Source of the DNA: a virus | Taxonomy: Duplodnaviria; Heunggongvirae; Uroviricota; Caudoviricetes | Reading direction: 5' to 3' (one strand) | DNA length: 64,000 bases | IMG/VR virus record: IMGVR_UViG_3300045960_000077 | Location: 47,422-111,421 of that record | Part shown: piece by piece, positions 36,025-43,699 of the stretch | How positions within the stretch are numbered: the stretch's first letter is position 1 | Layout: every line of letters starts with the position of its first letter | Notes under the pieces: generated by a model | Told to the model about the DNA's origin: nothing | The model's database searches: none | Seen by the model: only the letters and a program-made list of their open reading frames with translations | Position numbers and translations under genes: made by a program

Positions 36025-36098
36025 TGGCCCTAGTGGGATTCGAACCCACACTTTACAGCTTCTCGAACTGCTCCCTCTGCCAGTTGGGGTACAAGGCC
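36025..36098 (-). tRNA. tRNA-like gene with anticodon GAG (Leu CUC) in class I frame; position 33 is C rather than U
   Basis: Acceptor GGCCTTG/TAGGGCC, anticodon arm GCAGT-TCGAGAA-GCTGT, T-arm GTGGGTTCGAATCCCAC. Confidence 0.45.
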
Positions 36099-36102
36099 AT
36101 GG

Positions 36103-36191
36103 TAGTCGGTGAGGGACTCGAACCCCCATCACGCCCTAATCTGGGGCTTACAGGGTATAAGCCTGCTGTTTTACCGTTAAACTAACCGACC
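36103..36191 (-). tRNA. class II (long variable arm) tRNA with anticodon TAT (AUA codon)
   Basis: Acceptor GGTCGGT/ACCGACT, D GTTTAACGGTAAAAC, anticodon arm GCAGG-CTTATAC-CCTGT, variable hairpin GCCC-CAGATTA-GGGC, T-arm GGGGGTTCGAGTCCCTC. Confidence 0.5.
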
Positions 36192-36192
36192 A

Positions 36193-37485
36193 TTATAATG
36201 TAAAAACGCCTTCTTCATCTAGAATCTCGTACAATCTTTCTTGAGGTACAACGCTTTCGTTCAAATAAATCGAATTGTATTTTCTCCGTAAGTTCACCCA
36301 GTGTTCCCACGAAATAAAATTTCCTTGCGGCGCCCATATATGCAAACGATTCCAATCAAACGTAGCAATATCAATCAAACCACTATTTACAGCATCGTTC
36401 CACACCCTTGTACCAGGTAACGGCATTAAAATATTAAATGATGCATGTACAGGAAACTTACCTTCGTGATAATTTTTCATTATCCACCGACAAGTTTCAC
36501 GAGTTTCTTCTTCTGTCTCGCTTGGCCAGCCAACAATCCAAGACGTTCCTAAAGCTACTCCCTTTTCATGAAACTTGTTAACTATTGCCTGGTTTTGAGC
36601 TACAGTGTTTCCTTTTCCTATGAGCTTCAGAATTCTATCATTTCCAGATTCGGCACTAAAAATGATTCGTTGAATTGGGTAAAAACTTTTTATGAGATCC
36701 AATAATTCATCATTAGCTTCGTGTACTGATATTTGAATAGTCATAAAATATGACTTTTTATTCAATCCTCTTTTTTTAAGTTTATCTATTATCTCATAAA
36801 ATCTCTTTTTATTTGCAACAAATAAATCGTCCATTACTGGGATGTGTTGAGAGCCAATTGCAACAAGACGTTCTATTTCATCAACAACCCAATCTGAACT
36901 ATTTAATCTAATCTTCTTCCAAAATGCCGAGCTGCTACAAAATGTGCATTTATAAGGACATCCTCTTGATGTGAAGATGTGCCGATTGTTTGTTATTCCT
37001 TCTCTATAAGGATGAGGAATGTCGTCTAAATTTGCAATCAATTCTCTTCTAGGAGCAGCGATCAATTGACCGTCTTTCCAGAAAACCAGACCATTTATCT
37101 TAAAAAGATCTTCTTCCTTTCGGCCATTCAAGAAGTATTGAATAAGCTCTAAAAAGGTCTGTTCACCTTCACCAATTACTGCGAAATCAATCTCAGGAAT
37201 CAGTGTCCCAGGCAGCCATGTGACGTGTTGACCGCCGATGACTATTGGCATTCCGGGATGCTGTTGCTTTATATATTGAGCTAAGTCCTTAGCTCGATTC
37301 CAATCTTGTGACAAAGTAGAAATTGCAATTACATCACATCGATGCAGATTCTCAAAATCAGCTCTAATCATCTCGACGGAATCACTTAAATGTTTGTGCA
37401 AATATGCCTTTAAATACCCGAATACCAGCTCAACGATAGGAGTGTCATCTTCGGGATCTCTCACATACACAAAGCCTATTCTCAT
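36193..37485 (-). CDS. B12-binding domain radical SAM enzyme (class B rSAM)
   Basis: N-terminal cobalamin-binding-like domain plus radical SAM CxxxCxxC (CPYKCTFCSS). 430 aa; paralog of 46831..48168. Confidence 0.75.
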   Translation of the reverse strand: MRIGFVYVRDPEDDTPIVELVFGYLKAYLHKHLSDSVEMIRADFENLHRCDVIAISTLSQDWNRAKDLAQYIKQQHPGMPIVIGGQHVTWLPGTLIPEIDFAVIGEGEQTFLELIQYFLNGRKEEDLFKINGLVFWKDGQLIAAPRRELIANLDDIPHPYREGITNNRHIFTSRGCPYKCTFCSSSAFWKKIRLNSSDWVVDEIERLVAIGSQHIPVMDDLFVANKKRFYEIIDKLKKRGLNKKSYFMTIQISVHEANDELLDLIKSFYPIQRIIFSAESGNDRILKLIGKGNTVAQNQAIVNKFHEKGVALGTSWIVGWPSETEEETRETCRWIMKNYHEGKFPVHASFNILMPLPGTRVWNDAVNSGLIDIATFDWNRLHIWAPQGNFISWEHWVNLRRKYNSIYLNESVVPQERLYEILDEEGVFTL

Positions 37486-37496
37486 TTATCCCTCAA

Positions 37497-37567
37497 TTGG
37501 TCCTTAGAAGAATCGAACTTCTGTCTTTTCCACGTCACGGAAACCGTCTACCATTAACATAAAGGAC
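37497..37567 (-). tRNA. tRNA-Val (anticodon GAC)
   Basis: Acceptor GGTCCTT/AAGGACC, anticodon arm TTTCC-GTGACGT-GGAAA, T-arm AGAAGTTCGATTCTTCT. Confidence 0.6.
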
Positions 37568-37570
37568 CGT

Positions 37571-37642
37571 GAGCGGGTGATGGGAATCGAACCCACCACC
37601 TTCTGCTTGGCAAGCAGACGTTCTACCGATGAACTACACCCG
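37571..37642 (-). tRNA. tRNA-Gly (anticodon GCC)
   Basis: Acceptor GCGGGTG/CACCCGC, D GTTCATCGGTAGAAC, anticodon arm TCTGC-TTGCCAA-GCAGA, T-arm GTGGGTTCGATTCCCAT. Confidence 0.7.
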
Positions 37643-37644
37643 CA

Positions 37645-37890
37645 TTAAATAGGAGCCCATGAAACGTCTTGTTCTACGGTCCCTTTGCCTCCGCATTTAG
37701 GACAACGTTCCTGTGCTCGTTTAAACTCGTGTTCATAAAATGCTTGGCCCGATAAATACGAACCTGATTCATCCCACTTAGGAAGTATTTTCTCTTCTTT
37801 AAAGTACATATCATCAAGCCGAATCTTAGGCATCACTCTATACTTCTGAAGCCACGCACCAACATCAGCATAACAATTTGTACAATGCAT
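37645..37890 (-). CDS. zinc-ribbon protein
   Basis: MHCTNCYADV ... CPKCGGKG; 81 aa. Confidence 0.4.
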   Translation of the reverse strand: MHCTNCYADVGAWLQKYRVMPKIRLDDMYFKEEKILPKWDESGSYLSGQAFYEHEFKRAQERCPKCGGKGTVEQDVSWAPI

Positions 37891-37914
37891 AGAGAACCCC
37901 CTTGTTGGAATATG

Positions 37915-37986
37915 CTCCCGAGGTAGGAGTCGAACCTACACCTAACCGGTTAACAGCCGGTCGCACTGCCTTTATGCTACACGGGA
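37915..37986 (-). tRNA. tRNA-Asn (anticodon GTT)
   Basis: Acceptor TCCCGTG/CTCGGGA, D GCATAAAGGCAGTGC, anticodon arm ACCGG-CTGTTAA-CCGGT, T-arm GTAGGTTCGACTCCTAC. Confidence 0.6.
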
Positions 37987-38050
37987 ATAAGTGGAAGGCT
38001 GCAAGCTGCCACTTGCATTTAATACTCAGCGTAACCTTCCAAATTAATTG

Positions 38051-39094
38051 TTAATGAGGATTACCAGTCAAAGGACCAACTGCATAAGAGCTGTTGCCTT
38101 GATTGCCCTGAGCGTCCACTGCTACAACGACGTATGCAAGATCATATGCATCTCCAAATGGAGGGGGACCATCGTCTCTAACAACTGTGAGAACAGGGAC
38201 AATCGTTCCAACATTCTTGTCGAATGTAATAGACAAACCACTTGTCTGACCAACCGACGCTGTTGAAATTACTCCATTACAATAGCGCATAGCGTAGACG
38301 ATATAGCTAACCGCACCATCAACGCCAGTCCATGTAACTTTAACCTTCCCTGCACTCAGCCCATCTGCAACTACAAACATAGGAGCCTTGAGCGGATCTA
38401 CATCAGGTGGAGGCACTGTCTGAAGCTGACCGAGCTTCGTCCATCCTTCGCCGTTCCACTGATATGCCCATCCAGTTGTAATATCAAGGTAGAAACCAAC
38501 ACCAAGATCACCTTCTGGAGGAGTTAAACCAAATGTTGCTGCATTACCAGCAAGAGCATTTAACTTTGAGAACAAAACACAAACTTTTCTACTAAGAGCA
38601 AATACTTTTTCTCCAAGAGCATCAAGAGACGCTTTAAGCTCAGCAATAGCTGCTGTGTTGTTATCAATTGCTGAACCCTGTTCAACTACGAGTTCCTGAA
38701 GAGCATAAAGTTCGCTTCGAAGATCACTTACTTCACTTCGAAGATCAGCAAGATCTGCCGTCAAAGCATCGAGCTGTGCCTGTTTAGCTTCACATTCTGC
38801 CTGGAGTGCTGCAATAGCTTCTGCATTAGCAGCACTATCTGCCTGAAGAACAATGATTTGTTCCTTAAGCTTTTCTACTTCCGCCTGAAGCGCAGTTACG
38901 TTGTCAATAATGACCGTGATGACATTATCATCACCCGTAATGGCTCCTCCGATGTTGTTAATCTGAGCCTGAAGGTTATTGATCTTGTAGTCATCATTCG
39001 TTGTGTCCAAGTTCGTAATTCCTTCAAGGCCACTGCCGCATCCGCTCAGAATTAGAGCGAAGCACAACATAAGCACTGATACAATTTTCTTCAT
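38051..39094 (-). CDS. lipoprotein with extended coiled-coil and C-terminal beta-rich domain (possible superinfection-exclusion/surface protein)
   Basis: Signal peptide plus lipobox (LILSGC), Ala/Leu/Gln/Glu-rich heptad region, and a C-terminal Ig/FN3-like segment (VKVTWTGVDGAVSYIVYA). Confidence 0.55.
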   Translation of the reverse strand: MKKIVSVLMLCFALILSGCGSGLEGITNLDTTNDDYKINNLQAQINNIGGAITGDDNVITVIIDNVTALQAEVEKLKEQIIVLQADSAANAEAIAALQAECEAKQAQLDALTADLADLRSEVSDLRSELYALQELVVEQGSAIDNNTAAIAELKASLDALGEKVFALSRKVCVLFSKLNALAGNAATFGLTPPEGDLGVGFYLDITTGWAYQWNGEGWTKLGQLQTVPPPDVDPLKAPMFVVADGLSAGKVKVTWTGVDGAVSYIVYAMRYCNGVISTASVGQTSGLSITFDKNVGTIVPVLTVVRDDGPPPFGDAYDLAYVVVAVDAQGNQGNSSYAVGPLTGNPH

Positions 39095-39142
39095 GCGTAT
39101 CTCCTTTCACTGCACCCGCTACATTTTTTGGTTCGCGGGATG

Positions 39143-39213
39143 TGGAGCTACCGGGAATTGAACCCGGGATTTGAGAATGCCATCCTCACGTGATCCCTCT
39201 TCACTATAGCCCC
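39143..39213 (-). tRNA. tRNA-Ala (anticodon GGC)
   Basis: Acceptor GGGGCTA/TAGCTCC with a G3:U70 pair and discriminator A; D GTGAAGAGGGATCAC; loop ATGGCAT; T-loop TTCAATT. Confidence 0.7.
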
Positions 39214-39433
39214 ATGTTGGCTATTTTTTTTACGAGGTTTAGCCTTCCTCGGCCCTGGTGCACCACTCACTTATTTATGGAAGTGAGACCGTTGAGTTTA
39301 AAATCTGCTAAGCTAACCAGCATAGCTGGGATTTGTCCTCTCGAACTTCAAGCCTAGCGTACTTCAGTGCAGAATCTCTGTCTAGCATCTCCCACGGTAG
39401 CCCGGAGGTGTTTTCTTAAACTAACTGAAGATG

Positions 39434-39504
39434 TGGACCGAAAGGGAATTGAACCCTTATCTTCCGGGTGCAAACCGGAGGCTCTCCCGTTAAGCTATCA
39501 GCCC
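39434..39504 (-). tRNA. tRNA-Ala (anticodon TGC)
   Basis: Acceptor GGGCTGA/TCGGTCC with G3:U70 and discriminator A; anticodon arm TCCGG-TTTGCAC-CCGGA; T-loop TTCAATT. Confidence 0.7.
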
Positions 39505-39514
39505 ATTAAATACA

Positions 39515-39877
39515 TTATAACACAACTGCGACGATTAGTAACTGTAAAATATGCCAAGCCTGATCGACGTGAAAAAGAAACTTCAATCTCGATAGAACAT
39601 CTGGATTAGTTTCATCAGCGCCGTCGAGCTTTTCTTTTTCAATCAAGTAGATCTTATATCGATCAGAGAACCAATGTCCCACAAATAAGAAGATCGGAAC
39701 CCATAATGACAATTCTTTAAAATAGGTAATCATCCAACAAACGGCAAATGTCCAAACGTATACGTGAACTCCCATGACAAATGGAAGTTTTCCTTTATAG
39801 TCAGACATAAACTTCGACTGCAAGCAAAAATCAAAAACCAGGTGAACGAATACAAGGAATAAAAATAGTTCTAACAT
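39515..39877 (-). CDS. polytopic membrane protein
   Basis: 120 aa with several hydrophobic helices (LELFLFLVFVHLVFDFCL..., VWTFAVCWMITYF...). Confidence 0.45.
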   Translation of the reverse strand: MLELFLFLVFVHLVFDFCLQSKFMSDYKGKLPFVMGVHVYVWTFAVCWMITYFKELSLWVPIFLFVGHWFSDRYKIYLIEKEKLDGADETNPDVLSRLKFLFHVDQAWHILQLLIVAVVL

Positions 39878-39909
39878 GCTGTTCTCCTTAATTAAGATGT
39901 GCCATCGAG

Positions 39910-39980
39910 TGGTTCTGCCCCACCGTCGGACGGTTATCAGCCGTCTGCTCTACTATTGAGCTACGAAGGCAAGCTGGGTA
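39910..39980 (-). tRNA. tRNA-Ile (anticodon GAT), non-canonical T-loop
   Basis: Acceptor GCCTTCG/CGATGGC (one mismatch), D GCTCAATAGTAGAGC, anticodon arm GACGG-CTGATAA-CCGTC, T-loop GGCAGAA. Confidence 0.55.
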
Positions 39981-40068
39981 CTGGCCTCAACCACTGTTTA
40001 TCGTGCAATCCGCTGCAGACGTTGTCACGAATCAAGCGATTTGTCGGTTTTCCCCATGTGCAAGGTAC

Positions 40069-40143
40069 TCGAATCGAACGAGTTTCTTCCGCTCTTCAGG
40101 CGGACGCTGAATCACCAGACTAGCTCACCCTGCATTATGTCGA
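40069..40143 (-). tRNA. tRNA-Phe (anticodon GAA), enlarged D-arm
   Basis: Acceptor GCAGGGT/ACCTTGC, anticodon arm TCCGC-CTGAAGA-GCGGA, T-arm ACTCGTTCGATTCGAGT. Confidence 0.5.
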
Positions 40144-40297
40144 TCTCTTCTAGTTCATATTCATATGTCATATGTTCCATACGATTACATTTAACGCAAA
40201 ATCCTCTGTCGGAAAGCCATCCCGTCGATCTAACAACAGATATGAACCCACAATCATAAATTACATTTAATCGTGCCGCTTTTTCCCAGTTTATCAT

Positions 40298-40873
40298 TTA
40301 ATCCCACAATGCTCTGAAATGTTTACCAAATAAAATCAGACCTTCTTGAACTCTTTTTTCAACTTCATGAAGCTCGGTATAATCTTCCGCGGCCGGCTTT
40401 TCAGGCCAAGTCTTCTTCGGATAATAATCCCATTCACGGCAATTTGCAATGTAATCCATCGCAAATATAATCTCGTCCAAAACTTTATCCCACTCTGCTT
40501 TAGCTACGTCATATTCCTCATCGGTATAGCTATATTTGTCAGGCGGAAAGAATAAAGTCGGTGTTCCGTGCTTAATTTTCTTCAGCTCTTTAAGTCTAGG
40601 TAGTGCAAACTTGGCAATGGTATAATCCAACGACCATAGATCTCTATCGCTCCAACCACGAGTGCATCGCTGATATGCCCGCTTAATATAACCGCTCATA
40701 TAACTTGGAGAAAAGTGCTTCAAAAATCTGTAAAACCAATAATAAACATCTTTACAATGATTTTCAAAGGTCGTTTCTTTTCTATGCTCCCAAGATTCAA
40801 GAACTTCATCGAGATCATATGCTGGCTTATCGGGCAGCTTTGGAGCTCTTTTAAAATATGACTTTATGCTCAT
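40298..40873 (-). CDS. hypothetical protein
   Basis: Start trimmed to MSIKSYFKRAPK (RBS AGGAG), because the longer ORF overlaps tRNA-Trp; 192 aa. Confidence 0.45.
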   Translation of the reverse strand: MSIKSYFKRAPKLPDKPAYDLDEVLESWEHRKETTFENHCKDVYYWFYRFLKHFSPSYMSGYIKRAYQRCTRGWSDRDLWSLDYTIAKFALPRLKELKKIKHGTPTLFFPPDKYSYTDEEYDVAKAEWDKVLDEIIFAMDYIANCREWDYYPKKTWPEKPAAEDYTELHEVEKRVQEGLILFGKHFRALWD

Positions 40874-40884
40874 TTTATCTCCTG

Positions 40885-40955
40885 CGGGAAGTGTAGGAAT
40901 CGAACCCACATAAGCTGTTTTGGAGGCAGCCGTCTTACCATTAGACGAACGACCC
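40885..40955 (-). tRNA. tRNA-Trp (anticodon CCA)
   Basis: D GTCTAATGGTAAGAC, anticodon loop CTCCAAA, T-arm GTGGGTTCGATTCCTAC; the acceptor stem has two internal mismatches. Confidence 0.5.
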
Positions 40956-40958
40956 ATG

Positions 40959-41030
40959 CGCCCTCTAGAGGATTTGAACCCCTAATAATTGGTTCGAAGC
41001 CAATCGTGATATCCGTTTCACTAAAAGGGC
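40959..41030 (-). tRNA. tRNA-Arg (anticodon TCG)
   Basis: Acceptor GCCCTTT/AGAGGGC, D GTGAAACGGATATCAC, anticodon arm ATTGG-CTTCGAA-CCAAT, T-loop TTCAAAT. Confidence 0.65.
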
Positions 41031-41033
41031 CTG

Positions 41034-41105
41034 CGTCCTCTGTAGGAATCGAACCTACAATTCAACGATAGGAGCGTCGCGTGAGATCCATTTCACTAAA
41101 AGGAC
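41034..41105 (-). tRNA. tRNA-Arg (anticodon CCT)
   Basis: Acceptor GTCCTTT/AGAGGAC, D GTGAAATGGATCTCAC, anticodon arm CGACG-CTCCTAT-CGTTG, T-arm GTAGGTTCGATTCCTAC. Confidence 0.65.
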
Positions 41106-41108
41106 ATG

Positions 41109-41182
41109 TGCCTCGAGGAGGATTCGAACCCCCATCTGACCGGGTAAGAGCCGGCTATAATAAGCCATTATACTACCGAGGC
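41109..41182 (-). tRNA. tRNA-Lys (anticodon CTT)
   Basis: Acceptor GCCTCGG/TCGAGGC, anticodon arm GCCGG-CTCTTAC-CCGGT, T-arm GGGGGTTCGAATCCTCC. Confidence 0.65.
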
Positions 41183-41183
41183 G

Positions 41184-41519
41184 TTAAAATCCTGCTTTCT
41201 TTCTTCTTGTAGGAGTATATTTTCTCCCGTTTCCTTTGTTCAATGCTTTATAATTAGGAGTCATAGCAGAACAATTAGGACAAATCACTCTAAGATTACC
41301 CTTTTGATTATTCTCATGATGCCCGTCTATATGATCAATCTCAAGAATAGGTCTATTAGTAAAAGGATTTCTCTTAGAAAATCCACAAACTTGACATGAA
41401 AAATCTGATTCTTCTATCAGATAGTCTCTAAGCCCATACGGAACTTTCCCTGATTTACTTACAGGATTTCCGCCAGATTCATAAATCTCTATGTATTTCT
41501 GAGTCGGTGTTTTTCTCAT
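41184..41519 (-). CDS. HNH homing endonuclease
   Basis: HNH motif CQVCG ... IDHIDGHHENN ... NLRVICPNCS; 111 aa, embedded in the tRNA array. Confidence 0.8.
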   Translation of the reverse strand: MRKTPTQKYIEIYESGGNPVSKSGKVPYGLRDYLIEESDFSCQVCGFSKRNPFTNRPILEIDHIDGHHENNQKGNLRVICPNCSAMTPNYKALNKGNGRKYTPTRRKKAGF

Positions 41520-41520
41520 G

Positions 41521-41592
41521 TACCCTGCAAGGGAGTCGAACCCTCATTTCCCGGCTTAAAAGGCCGCTATTCTACCATTGAATTAACAGGGC
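41521..41592 (-). tRNA. tRNA-Lys (anticodon TTT)
   Basis: Acceptor GCCCTGT/GCAGGGT, D ATTCAATGGTAGAAT, anticodon loop CTTTTAA, T-arm GAGGGTTCGACTCCCTT. Confidence 0.65.
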
Positions 41593-41759
41593 ATTCGGAG
41601 GATCAAGTTAGGATTACCCGCGGGAATCCCCAAGTTGCCTCCCGGTGAATATAGCCTCGAGGACCTTCATCACCTTATGTTGCGACGTGCCGGTTAATTC
41701 CAGTTACCGCGAGCCTTGTCAGCCCCGTCTTCAACCCTTTAGGGATTGATCACGCCATG

Positions 41760-41839
41760 TGCCGTTGGAAAGAATCGAACTTTCTTGGCCTAGACACGAG
41801 TTTTACAGACTCGCCACCCTCCATAGATGTCTACAACGG
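41760..41839 (-). tRNA. tRNA-Tyr (anticodon GTA), extended variable region
   Basis: Perfect acceptor GCCGTTG/CAACGGC, anticodon arm CGAGT-CTGTAAA-ACTCG, T-arm GAAAGTTCGATTCTTTC. Confidence 0.55.
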
Positions 41840-42048
41840 CATAAAATTTGAGATAACCACAAGGCGTTTGTAGTAGGTATACCGTTGTCGCTAGCAAGCA
41901 CATAACGTCGCCATTATGACCGCTCAGTCGATCTCGCCTTAATCACAGCTAGAATGCTGCAAATTACATGAGCGCCTCTACTCGTCATGCATCTGAGTTA
42001 TCTCTAGTAGTATGACTGCCGCCATACTACTAATTCAAAGATCAAATG

Positions 42049-42122
42049 TGTCCCTGAGGGGATTTGAACCCCTGTGAATAGCTTGAGAAACTACTATCCT
42101 GAGCCTGCTAGATGACAGGGAC
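42049..42122 (-). tRNA. tRNA-Glu (anticodon CTC)
   Basis: Acceptor GTCCCTG/CAGGGAC, anticodon arm GTAGT-TTCTCAA-GCTAT, T-arm AGGGGTTCAAATCCCCT. Confidence 0.65.
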
Positions 42123-42257
42123 ATGCGGCAGTTTTAAGTTCTGCAGAACCTGAGGAAACCTGCCAACCCTATCTACTATAAATCAGGAGGTGAACTCTGC
42201 CGCTATAGCAACTTATTAACGCCACCCAGTTTAATGGCTTCCTGATGATAGTACATG

Positions 42258-42331
42258 CGTAACCGACGGGATTCGAACCCGCATTCCACAGCTTGAAAGG
42301 CTGTTTTCCTAATCCGTTAGAAGACGGTTAC
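42258..42331 (-). tRNA. tRNA-Glu (anticodon TTC)
   Basis: Acceptor GTAACCG/CGGTTAC, anticodon arm ACAGC-CTTTCAA-GCTGT, T-arm GCGGGTTCGAATCCCGT. Confidence 0.65.
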
Positions 42332-42488
42332 ATAAACCGGTTTTTCGCCGCGGACTCAAACCTTTTCGTCCCTATCGGACTACTCAGGAGGATTACCGGA
42401 AACCTTCCGGGAGCGACCCGGCATCAAAGCAGGTTTTTAATAAACCAACGGCATTACCCGTATTGGAGGATACCTGCTGACCTTATTT

Positions 42489-42522
42489 AATACTATATCA
42501 CAATCTAAGACGATTGTAAATA
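42489..42522 (-). promoter_or_regulatory. sigma70-like promoter (TTTACAATC ... TGTGATATAGT) directed into the downstream tRNA segment
   Basis: The reverse complement reads CTATTTACAATCGTCTTAGATTGTGATATAGTA. Confidence 0.45.
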
Positions 42523-42523
42523 G

Positions 42524-43060
42524 TTAAGTTTGATCTATTTCTGTATTCCAGTAGAGGTATGATCTCCAATCCTCTGGAATGTTCTTGATGTGACGGTGAA
42601 TTGTGAACACCAAGAATTCAGGCTTCTTAGGTTTCTTGAATAACGTCATACCAGCCTGCTTTGGAGTCTTACAATCCTTAGTGCTGTTACAACGGATACA
42701 AGCAGCAACCAAGTTTGTCCACTCACTCTTACCACCCTGAGCCTTTGGCACAACGTGGTCGATGTTGAGAGTGGCAGGAGAACCCTTTTCACCGCAATAC
42801 TGACAAGTGTAAGCGTCTCGCAATAAGACATTCTTTCTAGTCAACTTTACAATGTTACGAAGACCAGAAAGTCCTCTCACATAGTTCACAAGCCTAACTA
42901 CCGAAGGAACCCTGATAGCGACAGACATTGATCGCCATGTGATGTCTCGTTCGGCTACAATAGTAACCTTGCCCGAGTACCACAATGTGATAGCTCTTTC
43001 AGCACTAATTAGACTTACGGCTTCATAGCTTTGATTTAAGAGCAATACTCTGTCGTTCAT
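42524..43060 (-). CDS. HNH homing endonuclease
   Basis: HNH motif YTCQYCG ... NIDHVVPKAQGG ... NLVAACIRCN. The start is trimmed to MNDRVLL (RBS GGAGG), because the longer ORF overlaps tRNA-His. Confidence 0.8.
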   Translation of the reverse strand: MNDRVLLLNQSYEAVSLISAERAITLWYSGKVTIVAERDITWRSMSVAIRVPSVVRLVNYVRGLSGLRNIVKLTRKNVLLRDAYTCQYCGEKGSPATLNIDHVVPKAQGGKSEWTNLVAACIRCNSTKDCKTPKQAGMTLFKKPKKPEFLVFTIHRHIKNIPEDWRSYLYWNTEIDQT

Positions 43061-43079
43061 GATTTCCTCCTTTTTATGG

Positions 43080-43154
43080 GGTGATCGACGGGGATCGAAC
43101 CCGCGTATAACTGGGTCACAACCAGTCGCGTTAAGCCACTTCGCCACGACCACC
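43080..43154 (-). tRNA. tRNA-His (anticodon GTG) with genomically encoded G-1
   Basis: An extra 5' G pairs with discriminator C73. Acceptor GTGGTCG/CGATCAC, anticodon arm ACTGG-TTGTGAC-CCAGT, T-arm GCGGGTTCGATCCCCGT. Confidence 0.65.
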
Positions 43155-43211
43155 GTTCATTTTTATTGCATGTTCATGCAACATGAACGCCCTAGAAAAT
43201 TGAACATTCAT

Positions 43212-43282
43212 TAGTCCCAGAGAGAATCGAACTCCCTACTTCTCGGTGTAAACGAGACGGTATACCAGTTACCTATGAGACC
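43212..43282 (-). tRNA. tRNA-Val (anticodon TAC)
   Basis: Acceptor GGTCTCA/TGGGACT, D GGTAACTGGTATACC, anticodon arm TCTCG-TTTACAC-CGAGA, T-arm GGGAGTTCGATTCTCTC. Confidence 0.65.
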
Positions 43283-43377
43283 ATTTCCGCTGTGCCTTTA
43301 CCTGTACCCAATCTAAGAGGTTATACCCTTAGTGACGGCCGGGTCTGCTCGAATGACTCGCGGATCAGTCCTTGTGT

Positions 43378-43453
43378 CTACGTGGTTGGATTTGAACCAA
43401 CGTCCTCCCGCTTCCAGGGCGGGTCGTCTGAATCCTGGCTGACTTACACGTAG
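43378..43453 (-). tRNA. atypical tRNA-like gene, anticodon probably TGG (Pro); enlarged D-loop, C at position 33
   Basis: Perfect acceptor CTACGTG/CACGTAG, anticodon arm CCCGC-CCTGGAA-GCGGG, T-arm GTTGGTTCAAATCCAAC. Confidence 0.4.
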
Positions 43454-43462
43454 GTAATAATG

Positions 43463-43538
43463 TCCGAGTAGCAGGATTCGAACCTGCGACCCCCTGCTCC
43501 CAAGGCAGGTGCTCTAAACCAGACTGAGCTACACCCGG
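43463..43538 (-). tRNA. tRNA-Pro (anticodon TGG)
   Basis: Acceptor CCGGGTG/TACTCGG, D GCTCAGTCTGGTTTAGAGC, anticodon arm CCTGC-CTTGGGA-GCAGG with G37, T-arm GCAGGTTCGAATCCTGC. Confidence 0.65.
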
Positions 43539-43601
43539 ATGCTGAGACCGCCTTTGTAAGACGGCCTCGTTCGCTACATCCACTCGTGGTGGATAAGACT
43601 G

Positions 43602-43675
43602 CGGCCCCGACCGGATTCGAACCGGCATACACTACCGTGACAGGGTAGGACATTAAGCCGTTATGATACGGGACC
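43602..43675 (-). tRNA. tRNA-Asp (anticodon GTC)
   Basis: Acceptor GGTCCCG/CGGGGCC, anticodon arm CTACC-CTGTCAC-GGTAG, T-arm GCCGGTTCGAATCCGGT. Confidence 0.65.
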
Positions 43676-43699
43676 ATACTATTACTATATTAGTAAGAT

